Under the pieces are notes generated by a model. It worked only from the letters and a program-made list of their open reading frames with translations. It did not search any database and was not told the origin of the DNA. Source: Parcubacteria group bacterium Gr01-1014_38 (GTDB taxonomy: Bacteria > Patescibacteriota > Andersenbacteria > UBA10190 > CAIZMI01). Taken from it: 64,000 bases of DNA. A program made the translations under genes and the position numbers. This document shows positions 1 through 8,526 of the stretch, in pieces; within the stretch, counting starts at the first letter, position 1, and every line of letters starts with the position of its first letter. The DNA lies in assembly GCA_007376145.1 (NCBI GenBank), contig VMFP01000004.1:6988-70987 (forward strand), written 5' to 3'.

Positions 1-1308
1 ATAGTTGGTAACCCGCCCTTCATTCGATATCAATACCTCCCAAAGGATTTTCAGCAAAGAGCAGAGGAAGTTTTTGAAAATTTGGATTTACCATTTACGA
101 AACATGCCAACGCTTGGGTACCTTTTGTTTTAGCTTCTATGGCTCTACTGCGCCCCGGTGGTCGTCTCGCAATGGTAGTGCCAGCCGAGATTATGCATAT
201 CACGCATGCTCAACCCCTAAGGTCTTATTTAGGAAAAGAATGCCGCAGACTAGTAATCGTTGATCCGGAGGAACTTTGGTTTAGCGATACACTTCAAGGC
301 GCTGTTCTTCTTCTTGCTGAAAAAAAAGGTAGTCCCGCAGACAAAGCGGAAGGTGTTGGTATTTACCCAGTTAAGCAAAAAGAATTTCTCAATACTGATC
401 CTGAAATTATTTTCTCTGCTCCTAAATCATTAAATGGCAGAACGATCGCTGGAAAATGGACTTATGCACTCTTGGATCGCTCTGCCCGTTCTTTGTTGGA
501 TAACCTATCTAAACATCCGAATGTGCATCATTTTAAGGATATTGCAGAAGTAGATGTTGGGATTGTTACAGGTGCAAATAACTATTTTCTCGTCTCCGAT
601 GAAACTGTGGAGGAATTCGGCTTATCAAAATGGGCTCATCCTATGTTCGGACGAAGCAAGCACTGCCCTGGAGTTATTTATGACGAGTATCAACACCGAA
701 TGAATAAAGAGGAGGGCAAGCCAGCAAATTTTATTTGGTTTTCGGATGATTCTGTGAGTAGATACGTTTCCGCTCAAAAATATATAGACTACGGAGAGGA
801 ACAAAATCTTCATACACGATATAAATGCCGAGTTCGTGATCCTTGGTATTCAGTCCCCTCCGTCTACACTACGGAAATCGGGATGCTCAAAAGATCGCAC
901 GATGCGCCAAGACTCATACTCAATAAAATTGGAGCTTTTACTACTGATACGGCTTACCGAATTAGTGCTCACGGCGTGGCTAATAAGCGCCTAGTGGGAT
1001 CTTTTATTAACTCTTTAACGGCACTAAGCGCTGAACTCGAGGGACGTCATTATGGAGGTGGAGTATTAGAGTTAGTGCCGTCCGAAATTGAGAAACTACT
1101 CATCCCATTACCGGAATTAGCAGTGAATCTTACAGAACTGGACAAGGATGTTAAAACTTTACCGATGGTGGATGTTTTAGAGCAACAGGATAAGAAAATT
1201 TTAAGCAGCTTAGGGCTGACAAAATCTGAGCAGAATCTACTAGTAAATAACTGGCAAAGACTCCACGACAGACGCCAGAGGGTTTCGAGCGATTCCGAAA
1301 TCGCTTAG
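1..1308 (+). CDS. N6-adenine DNA methyltransferase (gamma-class, Eco57I/TaqI-like), 5' partial at window edge
   Basis: Reading frame is open from nt 1 and translates IVGNPPF (motif IV NPPF) followed by about 430 aa consistent with a target-recognition region. Codon usage is AT-rich relative to the rest of the window. The 3' end overlaps the convergent PLD nuclease gene by 4 nt. Confidence 0.7.
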   Translation: MVGNPPFIRYQYLPKDFQQRAEEVFENLDLPFTKHANAWVPFVLASMALLRPGGRLAMVVPAEIMHITHAQPLRSYLGKECRRLVIVDPEELWFSDTLQGAVLLLAEKKGSPADKAEGVGIYPVKQKEFLNTDPEIIFSAPKSLNGRTIAGKWTYALLDRSARSLLDNLSKHPNVHHFKDIAEVDVGIVTGANNYFLVSDETVEEFGLSKWAHPMFGRSKHCPGVIYDEYQHRMNKEEGKPANFIWFSDDSVSRYVSAQKYIDYGEEQNLHTRYKCRVRDPWYSVPSVYTTEIGMLKRSHDAPRLILNKIGAFTTDTAYRISAHGVANKRLVGSFINSLTALSAELEGRHYGGGVLELVPSEIEKLLIPLPELAVNLTELDKDVKTLPMVDVLEQQDKKILSSLGLTKSEQNLLVNNWQRLHDRRQRVSSDSEIA

Positions 1309-2477
1309 TCAATCTCCAGTACAAATCGTCCCTGATCCGCCTCATCTCTATAGAGGGACAAGGTACGTCCGATCAAATCTGGACGTGAGACGTATTCGCG
1401 TATAGGACCCCAACTCAAGCGCGTCATAGCGTTTCGTTGCTGATATGTACGACTGTTCGTATCGGTGCTATGCCTAATTTGTAGTGGAAACTCTCCGTAA
1501 TATATTCCTTTGATAATTAACTGAAAACGAGCCTCCGCTTCCTCCACGCTAACCGTTGCGCGAGGGGTCCACTGAAGGTGGGCAAAAGCTGCATCGCGAA
1601 AGTAGTGTCTGTGATCTATCGCTTCATCTAAAAGACCTTTATCTAGGTTTATAGAACCAGTTGCGTGCGTGCCTCTCTCATGAGGAATATTAAGATCTCG
1701 CTCTGTTAAGGCCTTGCTTTGCCAGACAAGCTCAAGATTGGTTGCGGCTTGGGTTTGAGGTTGTCCTTGGGGAACGTGGCCAACAGCTCGGCGGATTACT
1801 GGTTCTGATCGTGCACGCCGTGACGCACGAGATAGTGGTATAACATCAAGCCGAATGCGTGAAATCGGGTCATTGGAGGGCCTTGATGCGGTAACCGCGG
1901 GGCGTGGAGGCAGAGTTTCCGCCTCGTCGAGTAGGCGGCCACTGTTTTGTAATCTATCCAGCTCTAATGCACCTCGAATTATGAAAATATGTTCAGGATA
2001 TCTTCCGGGTAATTCGGTAAACTGCTCCTGAATTTCGCTGACGAATTCGCGATCGGATTGTTCATCTAGATTCAAATCGAGAGCCAAACTAGCCTCGATG
2101 TTATTGTTCAGCCCGCCGAGGGTTAGATTAGCACTGCCAACAAGCAAGCGTGCGTGTTGCGCACCTCTTGATAAATATAGCTTCGGATGAAAAATAACAC
2201 CCCGCGCTCCAGTATCTACAACGTAAACTGAAACTCCCAGTTCTAATAATCGAGCGAGTCCTTGGCGAGAGGTTATATCATTTCGTATGCCCGAGAAAAC
2301 TTTTGTTTTTGATGCGAAAGGGCGCAGATTATTTTCAATAAGACGTACCCCGTCTTCGTTTATAAAAGCAACACTAAGAACAATCTCCTCAATATCTGGA
2401 ATCTCAATTACGTGTCTGATAGCATCAATGTGATTCCGAGTTGTAAATCCCTGAAAAATAAAATCTTTACTCGCCAT
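1305..2477 (-). CDS. PLD/HKD-family nuclease, putative restriction endonuclease (BfiI/NgoAVII-like) with extra C-terminal domain
   Basis: HKD motif 'IFHPKLYLSRGAQHARLLVGSANLT' (HxK...GSxN). Most plausible start is the ATG at 2477..2475 (MASKDFIFQG); the track ORF extends further 5' into rpsI. AT-rich like the MTase. The start lies 9 nt downstream of the rpsI stop. Confidence 0.65.
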   Translation of the reverse strand: MASKDFIFQGFTTRNHIDAIRHVIEIPDIEEIVLSVAFINEDGVRLIENNLRPFASKTKVFSGIRNDITSRQGLARLLELGVSVYVVDTGARGVIFHPKLYLSRGAQHARLLVGSANLTLGGLNNNIEASLALDLNLDEQSDREFVSEIQEQFTELPGRYPEHIFIIRGALELDRLQNSGRLLDEAETLPPRPAVTASRPSNDPISRIRLDVIPLSRASRRARSEPVIRRAVGHVPQGQPQTQAATNLELVWQSKALTERDLNIPHERGTHATGSINLDKGLLDEAIDHRHYFRDAAFAHLQWTPRATVSVEEAEARFQLIIKGIYYGEFPLQIRHSTDTNSRTYQQRNAMTRLSWGPIREYVSRPDLIGRTLSLYRDEADQGRFVLEID

Positions 2478-2485
2478 GCTATCGT

Positions 2486-2914
2486 TTACCGCTTCTGCCA
2501 CTGTGGCGCCCGGCGGGCGCGCTTGAGTCCAGGCTTTTTGCGTTCCTTTTCTCGCGGGTCGCGGGTGAGCATGTCGGTGTCGCGCAGCGGTTTGCGGAAG
2601 CCTTCTTCCTGCTTTTCGAGCGCACGGGCGATGCCGAGCTTCACGGCACCAGCCTGCGCGTGAATCCCTCCGCCGCTTACCCGTACCGACACATCGAATT
2701 TTCCCCAACTGCCGGTGATCTCAAACGGCTGGCGGACGGGAGTTTGGAGTGCGACGATCGGGAAATACTCCTCCCACGGTCGCTGATTAATAAGGAAGGT
2801 CGTGGCGTCCTTGTCCTTGCCGCCACCCAAACTTCCTGCCGGGAGGAGACGCACCCGAGCGACGGCGGTTTTCCGTCTCCCCACGCCTTCAACGTACCGA
2901 GCTTGGTCAGGCAT
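2486..2914 (-). CDS. rpsI: 30S ribosomal protein S9
   Basis: Translation ends ...KKPGLKRARRAPQWQKR, which matches the S9 family along its full length. Confidence 0.95.
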   Translation of the reverse strand: MPDQARYVEGVGRRKTAVARVRLLPAGSLGGGKDKDATTFLINQRPWEEYFPIVALQTPVRQPFEITGSWGKFDVSVRVSGGGIHAQAGAVKLGIARALEKQEEGFRKPLRDTDMLTRDPREKERKKPGLKRARRAPQWQKR

Positions 2915-3341
2915 TGGCTCCTCCTTTCTGCGCCAGGTGTGGATGCTCCGCGCCTTGGTAGAGCTTTAAGCGAAGAATCATCCGATGGCGCAGGCGGTTC
3001 TTCGGGAGCATGTTCCAAATCGCGTCCCGCACGACGGTACGCGAGTCACGCTCGAGGCGTTTACGGAGCGAGAGAATTCGGACGGCGCCGGGCTTCCGCT
3101 GCGTGTGGCGCATATAGACTTTCGTCTCTCTTTTGGTTCCCGTGACGCGAACACGGTCGGTATTCGTGACGACCACGATGGCGCCCGTATCACGGTACGG
3201 GACCCACTGGGGATGATCTTTCCCGCGAAGGGCGATGGCAACCTCGGTCGCCAGGCGCCCGAGGACGTGTTCCTCCGCGTTGTAGAACCGCCAGGGACGG
3301 TGGGCCTCTGACGGTTGGCTCGTACGCTTGGGAGCAGTCAT
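2907..3341 (-). CDS. rplM: 50S ribosomal protein L13
   Basis: L13-like sequence (…WRFYNAEEHVLGRLATEVA…). Start chosen at ATG 3341 (MTAPKRT); the track ORF extends to 3386. Confidence 0.9.
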   Translation of the reverse strand: MTAPKRTSQPSEAHRPWRFYNAEEHVLGRLATEVAIALRGKDHPQWVPYRDTGAIVVVTNTDRVRVTGTKRETKVYMRHTQRKPGAVRILSLRKRLERDSRTVVRDAIWNMLPKNRLRHRMILRLKLYQGAEHPHLAQKGGANA

Positions 3342-3345
3342 GAGA

Positions 3346-3696
3346 TTAGACGAACTCAATGAGGACTTGCGGTGCGTGATCACCACTACGGTGCGTCGGG
3401 AGTCGCGTCATGCGCGTATAGCCGCCCGGTCGGCTCCGGTACGCGTCGGCGCGTTTCAGGAGTAGCGCTGCCGCCTGGCGATTCCCGAGTGCCGCAATGA
3501 GACGTCGCCGGGACGTCAGAGTATTTGCTTTTGCGGTGGTCACGAGCGGCTCGACAAACTGCCGCACAAACTGGGCCCGTGCCGGCGTGGTGGCAATCTT
3601 TCCGTGCGTGATGAGGGCAATGCCCAGTTTCCGCGCGAGCGCTCGGCGCTCGGCAGGCGTGCGCGACAGGGTGAATTTCGCTCGACGGTGTCTCAT
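3346..3696 (-). CDS. rplQ: 50S ribosomal protein L17
   Basis: MRHRRAKFTLSRTPAERRAL… matches the L17 family; located downstream of rpoA as in the alpha operon. Confidence 0.9.
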   Translation of the reverse strand: MRHRRAKFTLSRTPAERRALARKLGIALITHGKIATTPARAQFVRQFVEPLVTTAKANTLTSRRRLIAALGNRQAAALLLKRADAYRSRPGGYTRMTRLPTHRSGDHAPQVLIEFV

Positions 3697-4775
3697 CCGG
3701 CAGAGTGTTCCTCGCGGAGGCTCACGCCGAGTTTGGTCAGCCCGCTCTCAATCTCTTCCAAGGCCTTCTCGCCAAGCCCTGGAATGCCGAGCATCTGACT
3801 CCGCGTCTTCAACACGAGCCCAGCGACGGTTTTGATACCTTCCTTCTCCAGAAGGTTCTGAATCCGGGTCGCAATGGGGAGCTCCACCACACTGGTGAGC
3901 CTGGGATCCTTCGCGAGTTCCTCCGGCGCCCGCACCGCTCCTGCAACAGCGGTCTCCACGAGACGCGCGGGCGTTTCGATCTCGGTGAGCGGCGGCACCG
4001 ATTCTCCTGGCCCTGCGGTCACAGTCAGTCGGGGGGCGACCGGTGCCTCCTCAACTGGGAGAGCTTCCCGCCGCGTGGTGAGCCGCTCGTGGACGTCGGT
4101 TGCGAGTGCTCCGAAGTGATCCTGGAGAATGGACGCGGCAGCGGACAGGGCGTCACGCGGCGTCACCGTGCCATCGGTCCGGATCGTCATGATGAGTTTG
4201 TGGTACTCCGTGATCTGGCCGACTCGCACATTTTCCACACGGAAACTTACCCGCTCTACCGGCGTAAAAATGGCGTCCACCGCAATGGTCTCTAAGGCAC
4301 GCTCTTCGTTTTCGCGCAACTCGACCGGCACGTACCCCCGACCCTGCTCAGAGGTGAGCGTCATATCCAACGTTGCCTTGTCGTCGGTGAGGTGGGCAAT
4401 CACATGGTCCGGATTCGCGATCTCCACGTTCGCGACCTTCTCAATGTCCCCCGCGGTGACCGTCCGCGCACCGGTGGCTTTGATGCGGAGCTCTACCGGA
4501 GTGTCGGTATGCAGTTTGATCCGGATGCGCTTGATGTTGAGGAGAATGCTGACGAAATCTTCCGCCACACCGGGGAGTGTGGAGAACTCGTGCTCAATTC
4601 CCTCGCAGCGGACCGCGGTAATCGCCGCCCCGGGAAGCGAGGAGAGAAGGACGCGACGCAGTGCATTGCCAACCGTCGGTCCGTATCCAGGGAAGTACGG
4701 ACTGATTTCAAACGTTGCCTCGTTCCCTTCTTCCTTCATCAGGGTGATGGTGCTGGGGAGAAGAATTTTATCCAT
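3693..4775 (-). CDS. rpoA: DNA-directed RNA polymerase subunit alpha
   Basis: N-terminal domain (…FEISPYFPGYGPTVGNALRRVLLSSLPGAA…) and C-terminal domain (…LPIATRIQNLLEKEGIKTVAGL…) typical of RpoA. Confidence 0.95.
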   Translation of the reverse strand: MDKILLPSTITLMKEEGNEATFEISPYFPGYGPTVGNALRRVLLSSLPGAAITAVRCEGIEHEFSTLPGVAEDFVSILLNIKRIRIKLHTDTPVELRIKATGARTVTAGDIEKVANVEIANPDHVIAHLTDDKATLDMTLTSEQGRGYVPVELRENEERALETIAVDAIFTPVERVSFRVENVRVGQITEYHKLIMTIRTDGTVTPRDALSAAASILQDHFGALATDVHERLTTRREALPVEEAPVAPRLTVTAGPGESVPPLTEIETPARLVETAVAGAVRAPEELAKDPRLTSVVELPIATRIQNLLEKEGIKTVAGLVLKTRSQMLGIPGLGEKALEEIESGLTKLGVSLREEHSAG

Positions 4776-4805
4776 GGTCTACGTCAGGTTTTACGGGTAA
4801 ACGGG

Positions 4806-5429
4806 TTAGCGCGAGTAGAATTCTACGACCGCGCGGAGGTCTACCGGAATCTCGGCTGGATCTGGCCGCGGAACGTCAATGACCTTCCCCGTCCACGGAT
4901 CCTCCCGCTTCAGCCAAGAAGGAAGAGTTTTCGTCGCCGTCCGCTCCGCCAGGTTGGTGAAGATCGGCTTTCCACGCTTCGCTTCCTTAATCTGAATCAC
5001 GTCATTCACCTTCACCGGGTACGAGGGGAGGTCCACCCGCCGGCCGTTCACCGCCATGAGCCCGTGGTGGACGAGTTGGCGAGCATGGGCCTGCGAGTGT
5101 GCGAAGCCGAGGCGGTACACAATCCGATCCAAGCGGGATTCCAACCGGGTAATGAGCGCATCAGCGGTCACGCCGCGTTCTGAACGTGCCTCGCGGAAGT
5201 ACCGCTGCAATTGACGCTCGCGAATGTTGTAGATAGCGCGGAGTGCTTGCTTCTCTTTCAGCTGCGCTCCGTACTCCGTCGGTGCGCGGCGCCTCTGCCC
5301 ATGGATGCCGGGCGGGTACGGACGCTGCACAATTGGACACTTCGGCGTGAAGCATTTCTCTCCCTTGAGGAAGAGCTTCGCGCCGGCGAGGCGACAACGA
5401 GCACACACGTGATCAAAGGCAATAGCCAT
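4806..5429 (-). CDS. rpsD: 30S ribosomal protein S4
   Basis: MAIAFDHVCARCRLAGAKLFLKGEKCFTPKCP… zinc-ribbon N-terminus and S4 domain. Confidence 0.95.
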   Translation of the reverse strand: MAIAFDHVCARCRLAGAKLFLKGEKCFTPKCPIVQRPYPPGIHGQRRRAPTEYGAQLKEKQALRAIYNIRERQLQRYFREARSERGVTADALITRLESRLDRIVYRLGFAHSQAHARQLVHHGLMAVNGRRVDLPSYPVKVNDVIQIKEAKRGKPIFTNLAERTATKTLPSWLKREDPWTGKVIDVPRPDPAEIPVDLRAVVEFYSR

Positions 5430-5441
5430 GGGAAAGTCCCG

Positions 5442-5909
5442 TTACACGCGACGCCGTCTCGGCGGTCGGCACCCGTTATGAGGAATGGGAGTGTTATCGC
5501 GGATGGAGGTGAGCACAAATCCACCGTGGGCGGCGAGTGTACGCACGGCCGATTCCCGTCCGCTCCCGATCCCGCGAATCACGACGGATGCTTCCTTCAC
5601 TTGGAATGGCTCGACGCGTTTCAGGAGATCGCGAACCACCTCGTTCGCAACGTACGGAGTCGACTTGCGTGCTCCTTGGTAGCCAATGCGACCGGCGCTG
5701 CTCCACGCAATGACCTTTCCCTCCGGGTCTGCAGCCGTCACGAGGGTGTTGTTGTACGTCGATTGAATGTGAATTTTGACCGTGGGAACCCGACGCCGTC
5801 CAACCTTTTTCTTACTCTCCTTGGCCGACGGTTGCTCCGCGGACGACGCAGACATCGTTGCTTCGGTGGCGGGGGTTTCCGCAGGCATGGCTACCGCTCT
5901 TTGATGCAT
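5442..5909 (-). CDS. rpsK: 30S ribosomal protein S11
   Basis: …TPIPHNGCRPPRRRRV C-terminus and S11 core. N-terminal start is uncertain (alternative ATGs at 5888 and 5855). Confidence 0.9.
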   Translation of the reverse strand: MHQRAVAMPAETPATEATMSASSAEQPSAKESKKKVGRRRVPTVKIHIQSTYNNTLVTAADPEGKVIAWSSAGRIGYQGARKSTPYVANEVVRDLLKRVEPFQVKEASVVIRGIGSGRESAVRTLAAHGGFVLTSIRDNTPIPHNGCRPPRRRRV

Positions 5910-6301
5910 TACTTCTTTTCCGGGGATGCGCGTCGGCCCGAACCTGCCGTCCGACGGATGTTCCCACGAACGGTCCGACTGTTCGTCCGCGTCCGCTGGC
6001 CGCGGACTGGCAGTCGCCGAATGTGCCGCAACCCGCGATAGCAGTGAATGTCCTTCAACCGTCGGATATTCTCGGTGACGTCACGCCGCAGCTCTCCCTC
6101 CACCGAGATACCGCGCTCGATACTCTCGCGGATGGCGCTTGCCTCTTTCTCTGTGAGATCCCGTACCTTCACCGACGGATCCACGCCGGCCTGGGCCAGG
6201 ATTTTCCCGCTCAGGCTTCGGCCAACGCCGTACAGGCGCGCCAAAGCAATTTCGACGCGCTTCTGATCCGGGAGAATCACACCGGCAATACGGATCGCCA
6301 T
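5909..6301 (-). CDS. rpsM: 30S ribosomal protein S13
   Basis: [32 protein letters not shown]… matches the S13 family. Confidence 0.95.
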   Translation of the reverse strand: MAIRIAGVILPDQKRVEIALARLYGVGRSLSGKILAQAGVDPSVKVRDLTEKEASAIRESIERGISVEGELRRDVTENIRRLKDIHCYRGLRHIRRLPVRGQRTRTNSRTVRGNIRRTAGSGRRASPEKK

Positions 6302-6393
6302 AGGTCTGCTCAGTACTGAGTTCCGAGTTCTCAGTGGGTTACTGAAAGACTCAAACCTCGCAACTCATGACTCAGCGCTGCACTTGGCGGACA

Positions 6394-6510
6394 TTACCCC
6401 TGCCGCTGCTTGTGCTTCGGATTTGCCGGGCACACCACGAACAAGTGGCCTCGACGGCGGACTAATTTGCACTGCGCGCACCGGCGTTTTACGGAAGCAT
6501 GAACCTTCAT
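6394..6510 (-). CDS. rpmJ: 50S ribosomal protein L36
   Basis: Not in the ORF track (38 aa). Reverse-strand translation [38 protein letters not shown] has the C-x2-C…C…H pattern of L36. Sits between infA and rpsM as expected. Confidence 0.85.
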   Translation of the reverse strand: MKVHASVKRRCAQCKLVRRRGHLFVVCPANPKHKQRQG

Positions 6511-6620
6511 GAATGGTGTTCAAGATCCAAGGTCCGTGGTCACAGGACAGCCGCAGGGAGGCGGGATAAACAACCCTCGCCCGATGCTTGGGACCGCGTA
6601 CCTCGTTCCTTGATGGGTCG

Positions 6621-6845
6621 TTAGGAGCGTGCGTCGAGACGCTGGATGATTCTCCCGCGCGTGAGATCGTAGGGGGAGAGTTCGACGGTCACCCGGTCAC
6701 CGGGAAGGACTCGAATGCGGTGCACCCGCATGCGCCCGGAGATGTGCGCCAGCACTTCGTGTCCTCCCTCCGCTTCGACTCGGAACGTCGCGTTGGGAAG
6801 ATTCTCTTTCACGACCCCAGTCAGTTGGATCGTGTCCTTCGCCAC
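6621..6845 (-). CDS. infA: translation initiation factor IF-1
   Basis: [40 protein letters not shown]… S1-like IF-1. Confidence 0.95.
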   Translation of the reverse strand: MAKDTIQLTGVVKENLPNATFRVEAEGGHEVLAHISGRMRVHRIRVLPGDRVTVELSPYDLTRGRIIQRLDARS

Positions 6846-7017
6846 AACAGAACGTTCAGAACGTTAGAAACTCCTGCGGAGAAGCCCGCAGCACTTCCTG
6901 GGGTGGTACTTGGAAGTAGACCGACAGGAACATGCCCAAGTGCGTGCGGAGCAGGATCACAGACGCGTTAGGATAGAGCATACGAAAGTCGGAAAGCGCT
7001 GTCAAGAGCAACGGTGA

Positions 7018-8526
7018 TCACGGTTGGGTTGCCACGTCGATGTGGATATTCCGGCGAAGCGAGGGAATGCGCTTGATCCAGACCGGCGAGAGACGAACCT
7101 CTGCGGTGCGCACGCCGGGAATCGCGCGGAGGAACGCGGCAGCATCATCCGCGGTTCTGCCTTGGAGCCGCTCACGCAGCTCATCGAAGTTGAGACGCGG
7201 GATCAGCGGGGTTTCTGAATGGAGCGAGAACTCGGTTCTCCCGTGGTCCCAGCGCACGTCGACGACCCGAAGGTCCTCAAAGGAGCTTTTCCGGACCGGA
7301 TCTTTCTCGTTCCCGATTCGCTGCTGAAGCAGATCGGTCAGAAATGCCTGGAGCGACGCAGCATCCGCGGTGAACGCCTCGCCGCGAACCGTGGTCCGAA
7401 TTCGGAAGGACTCTGCATCGGTCCCGACGGGGGGAGAGATTTCCGCCTCGCCAACGACCACGCGAGAAAGCTCCGGGCGCGAAAAGGACACCTGCTCCTG
7501 CCTCGAATGGGGCGTGGGCGCGGTACGCGCCTCACGTTGTATGAGTTCCAGGAGTTTGCGCTCGGCGTTCTCGCGAAGTGCGGTGGTACCCCGCTCAACG
7601 TCTGTGGTCGCGAGCTGGCGCACCAGCCGGTCAGTTCCGCCGTGCAGCGGACGCACGATTTCCCCGTAGAGAAGTCGACGGGATTCTGCCGGAAGCGCGG
7701 GTATGACGAGCCGCTGCGGGTCAAGATTTGCCTTGCTGCCTCCCTCCTCCGCCCGCACGGCAACCGACGCACGGCCCAAGGCTGGAACAATGACGTCGCG
7801 CTGCGTACGCACCACCACCCCCGACGTGCCCTGGAGCCGCGTGCGTGCTTTGATCCCCTGCTGGGCCGCCGTCTGGTTCACGATGTCGACCACGCCCTCG
7901 GCACGCGCTCCTTTCTCGACGGTGGTGTGAACGGGGAATTCCTCTTCGACTGCTTCCTCGATGCGGAGGAGGCGCGCGGGGTGTGTTCCGGTATCGCGTT
8001 GAGGTTCGCGCACACTCGCATCCAGTCGCAGGGTGAGATCAGCCGCAAATGGCTCGGTCGCGAGGACGAGACGGACGCGTGCCCGCGGCACCACGAACGT
8101 CACGACGCCGGTGAGAAGCATACCAGTGAGAACTGCGAAGACCGCCAGGGTCGCACGACCCCTCGGCGTCACGATGGGAAACCGCCGCCAGGGGAGCAAA
8201 GGGAGTTCACGGGGTCCTCCGGGGAGCAGGCGCCGCCTCCGGAAACTGGAAGAACCCGCCCGCTCCCGCGGCCCACGCTGATCAGCGCTGACCGTGGCGT
8301 GCCGTACTGCACGGTCAGCGAGCTGAAAGGTAATGTCCTTTCCAAAGTCTGCAGCGGTCGCTTGGAGGAGTCGGCGGACCAGCGGATCCGCCCGCAGAAC
8401 GGGATGTTGCCGGCAGTCGATTACGACGTGCGGGGCGGGAACTCGTTGGATCTTCTCCAGGATATCCGGCAGATCATCCGAGGCGGGGATGCGTAAGACG
8501 GGTGCCGTGCTCTGACTACTTGGCAT
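7018..8526 (-). CDS. hypothetical protein with a single transmembrane helix and a large C-terminal domain (possibly PilN/PilO-like)
   Basis: Long ORF with one hydrophobic helix (LAVFAVLTGMLLTGVVTFVV). The track ORF (to 8658) overlaps the upstream gene by about 140 nt; the internal ATG at 8526 was chosen to minimise overlap, so the start is uncertain. Confidence 0.4.
   Translation of the reverse strand: MPSSQSTAPVLRIPASDDLPDILEKIQRVPAPHVVIDCRQHPVLRADPLVRRLLQATAADFGKDITFQLADRAVRHATVSADQRGPRERAGSSSFRRRRLLPGGPRELPLLPWRRFPIVTPRGRATLAVFAVLTGMLLTGVVTFVVPRARVRLVLATEPFAADLTLRLDASVREPQRDTGTHPARLLRIEEAVEEEFPVHTTVEKGARAEGVVDIVNQTAAQQGIKARTRLQGTSGVVVRTQRDVIVPALGRASVAVRAEEGGSKANLDPQRLVIPALPAESRRLLYGEIVRPLHGGTDRLVRQLATTDVERGTTALRENAERKLLELIQREARTAPTPHSRQEQVSFSRPELSRVVVGEAEISPPVGTDAESFRIRTTVRGEAFTADAASLQAFLTDLLQQRIGNEKDPVRKSSFEDLRVVDVRWDHGRTEFSLHSETPLIPRLNFDELRERLQGRTADDAAAFLRAIPGVRTAEVRLSPVWIKRIPSLRRNIHIDVATQP

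Noticed and set aside
7219-8496. 425-aa plus-strand ORF
   Set aside because: Fully antisense to the 7018..8658 minus-strand gene. Arg/Pro-rich low-complexity translation typical of shadow ORFs in GC-rich DNA.
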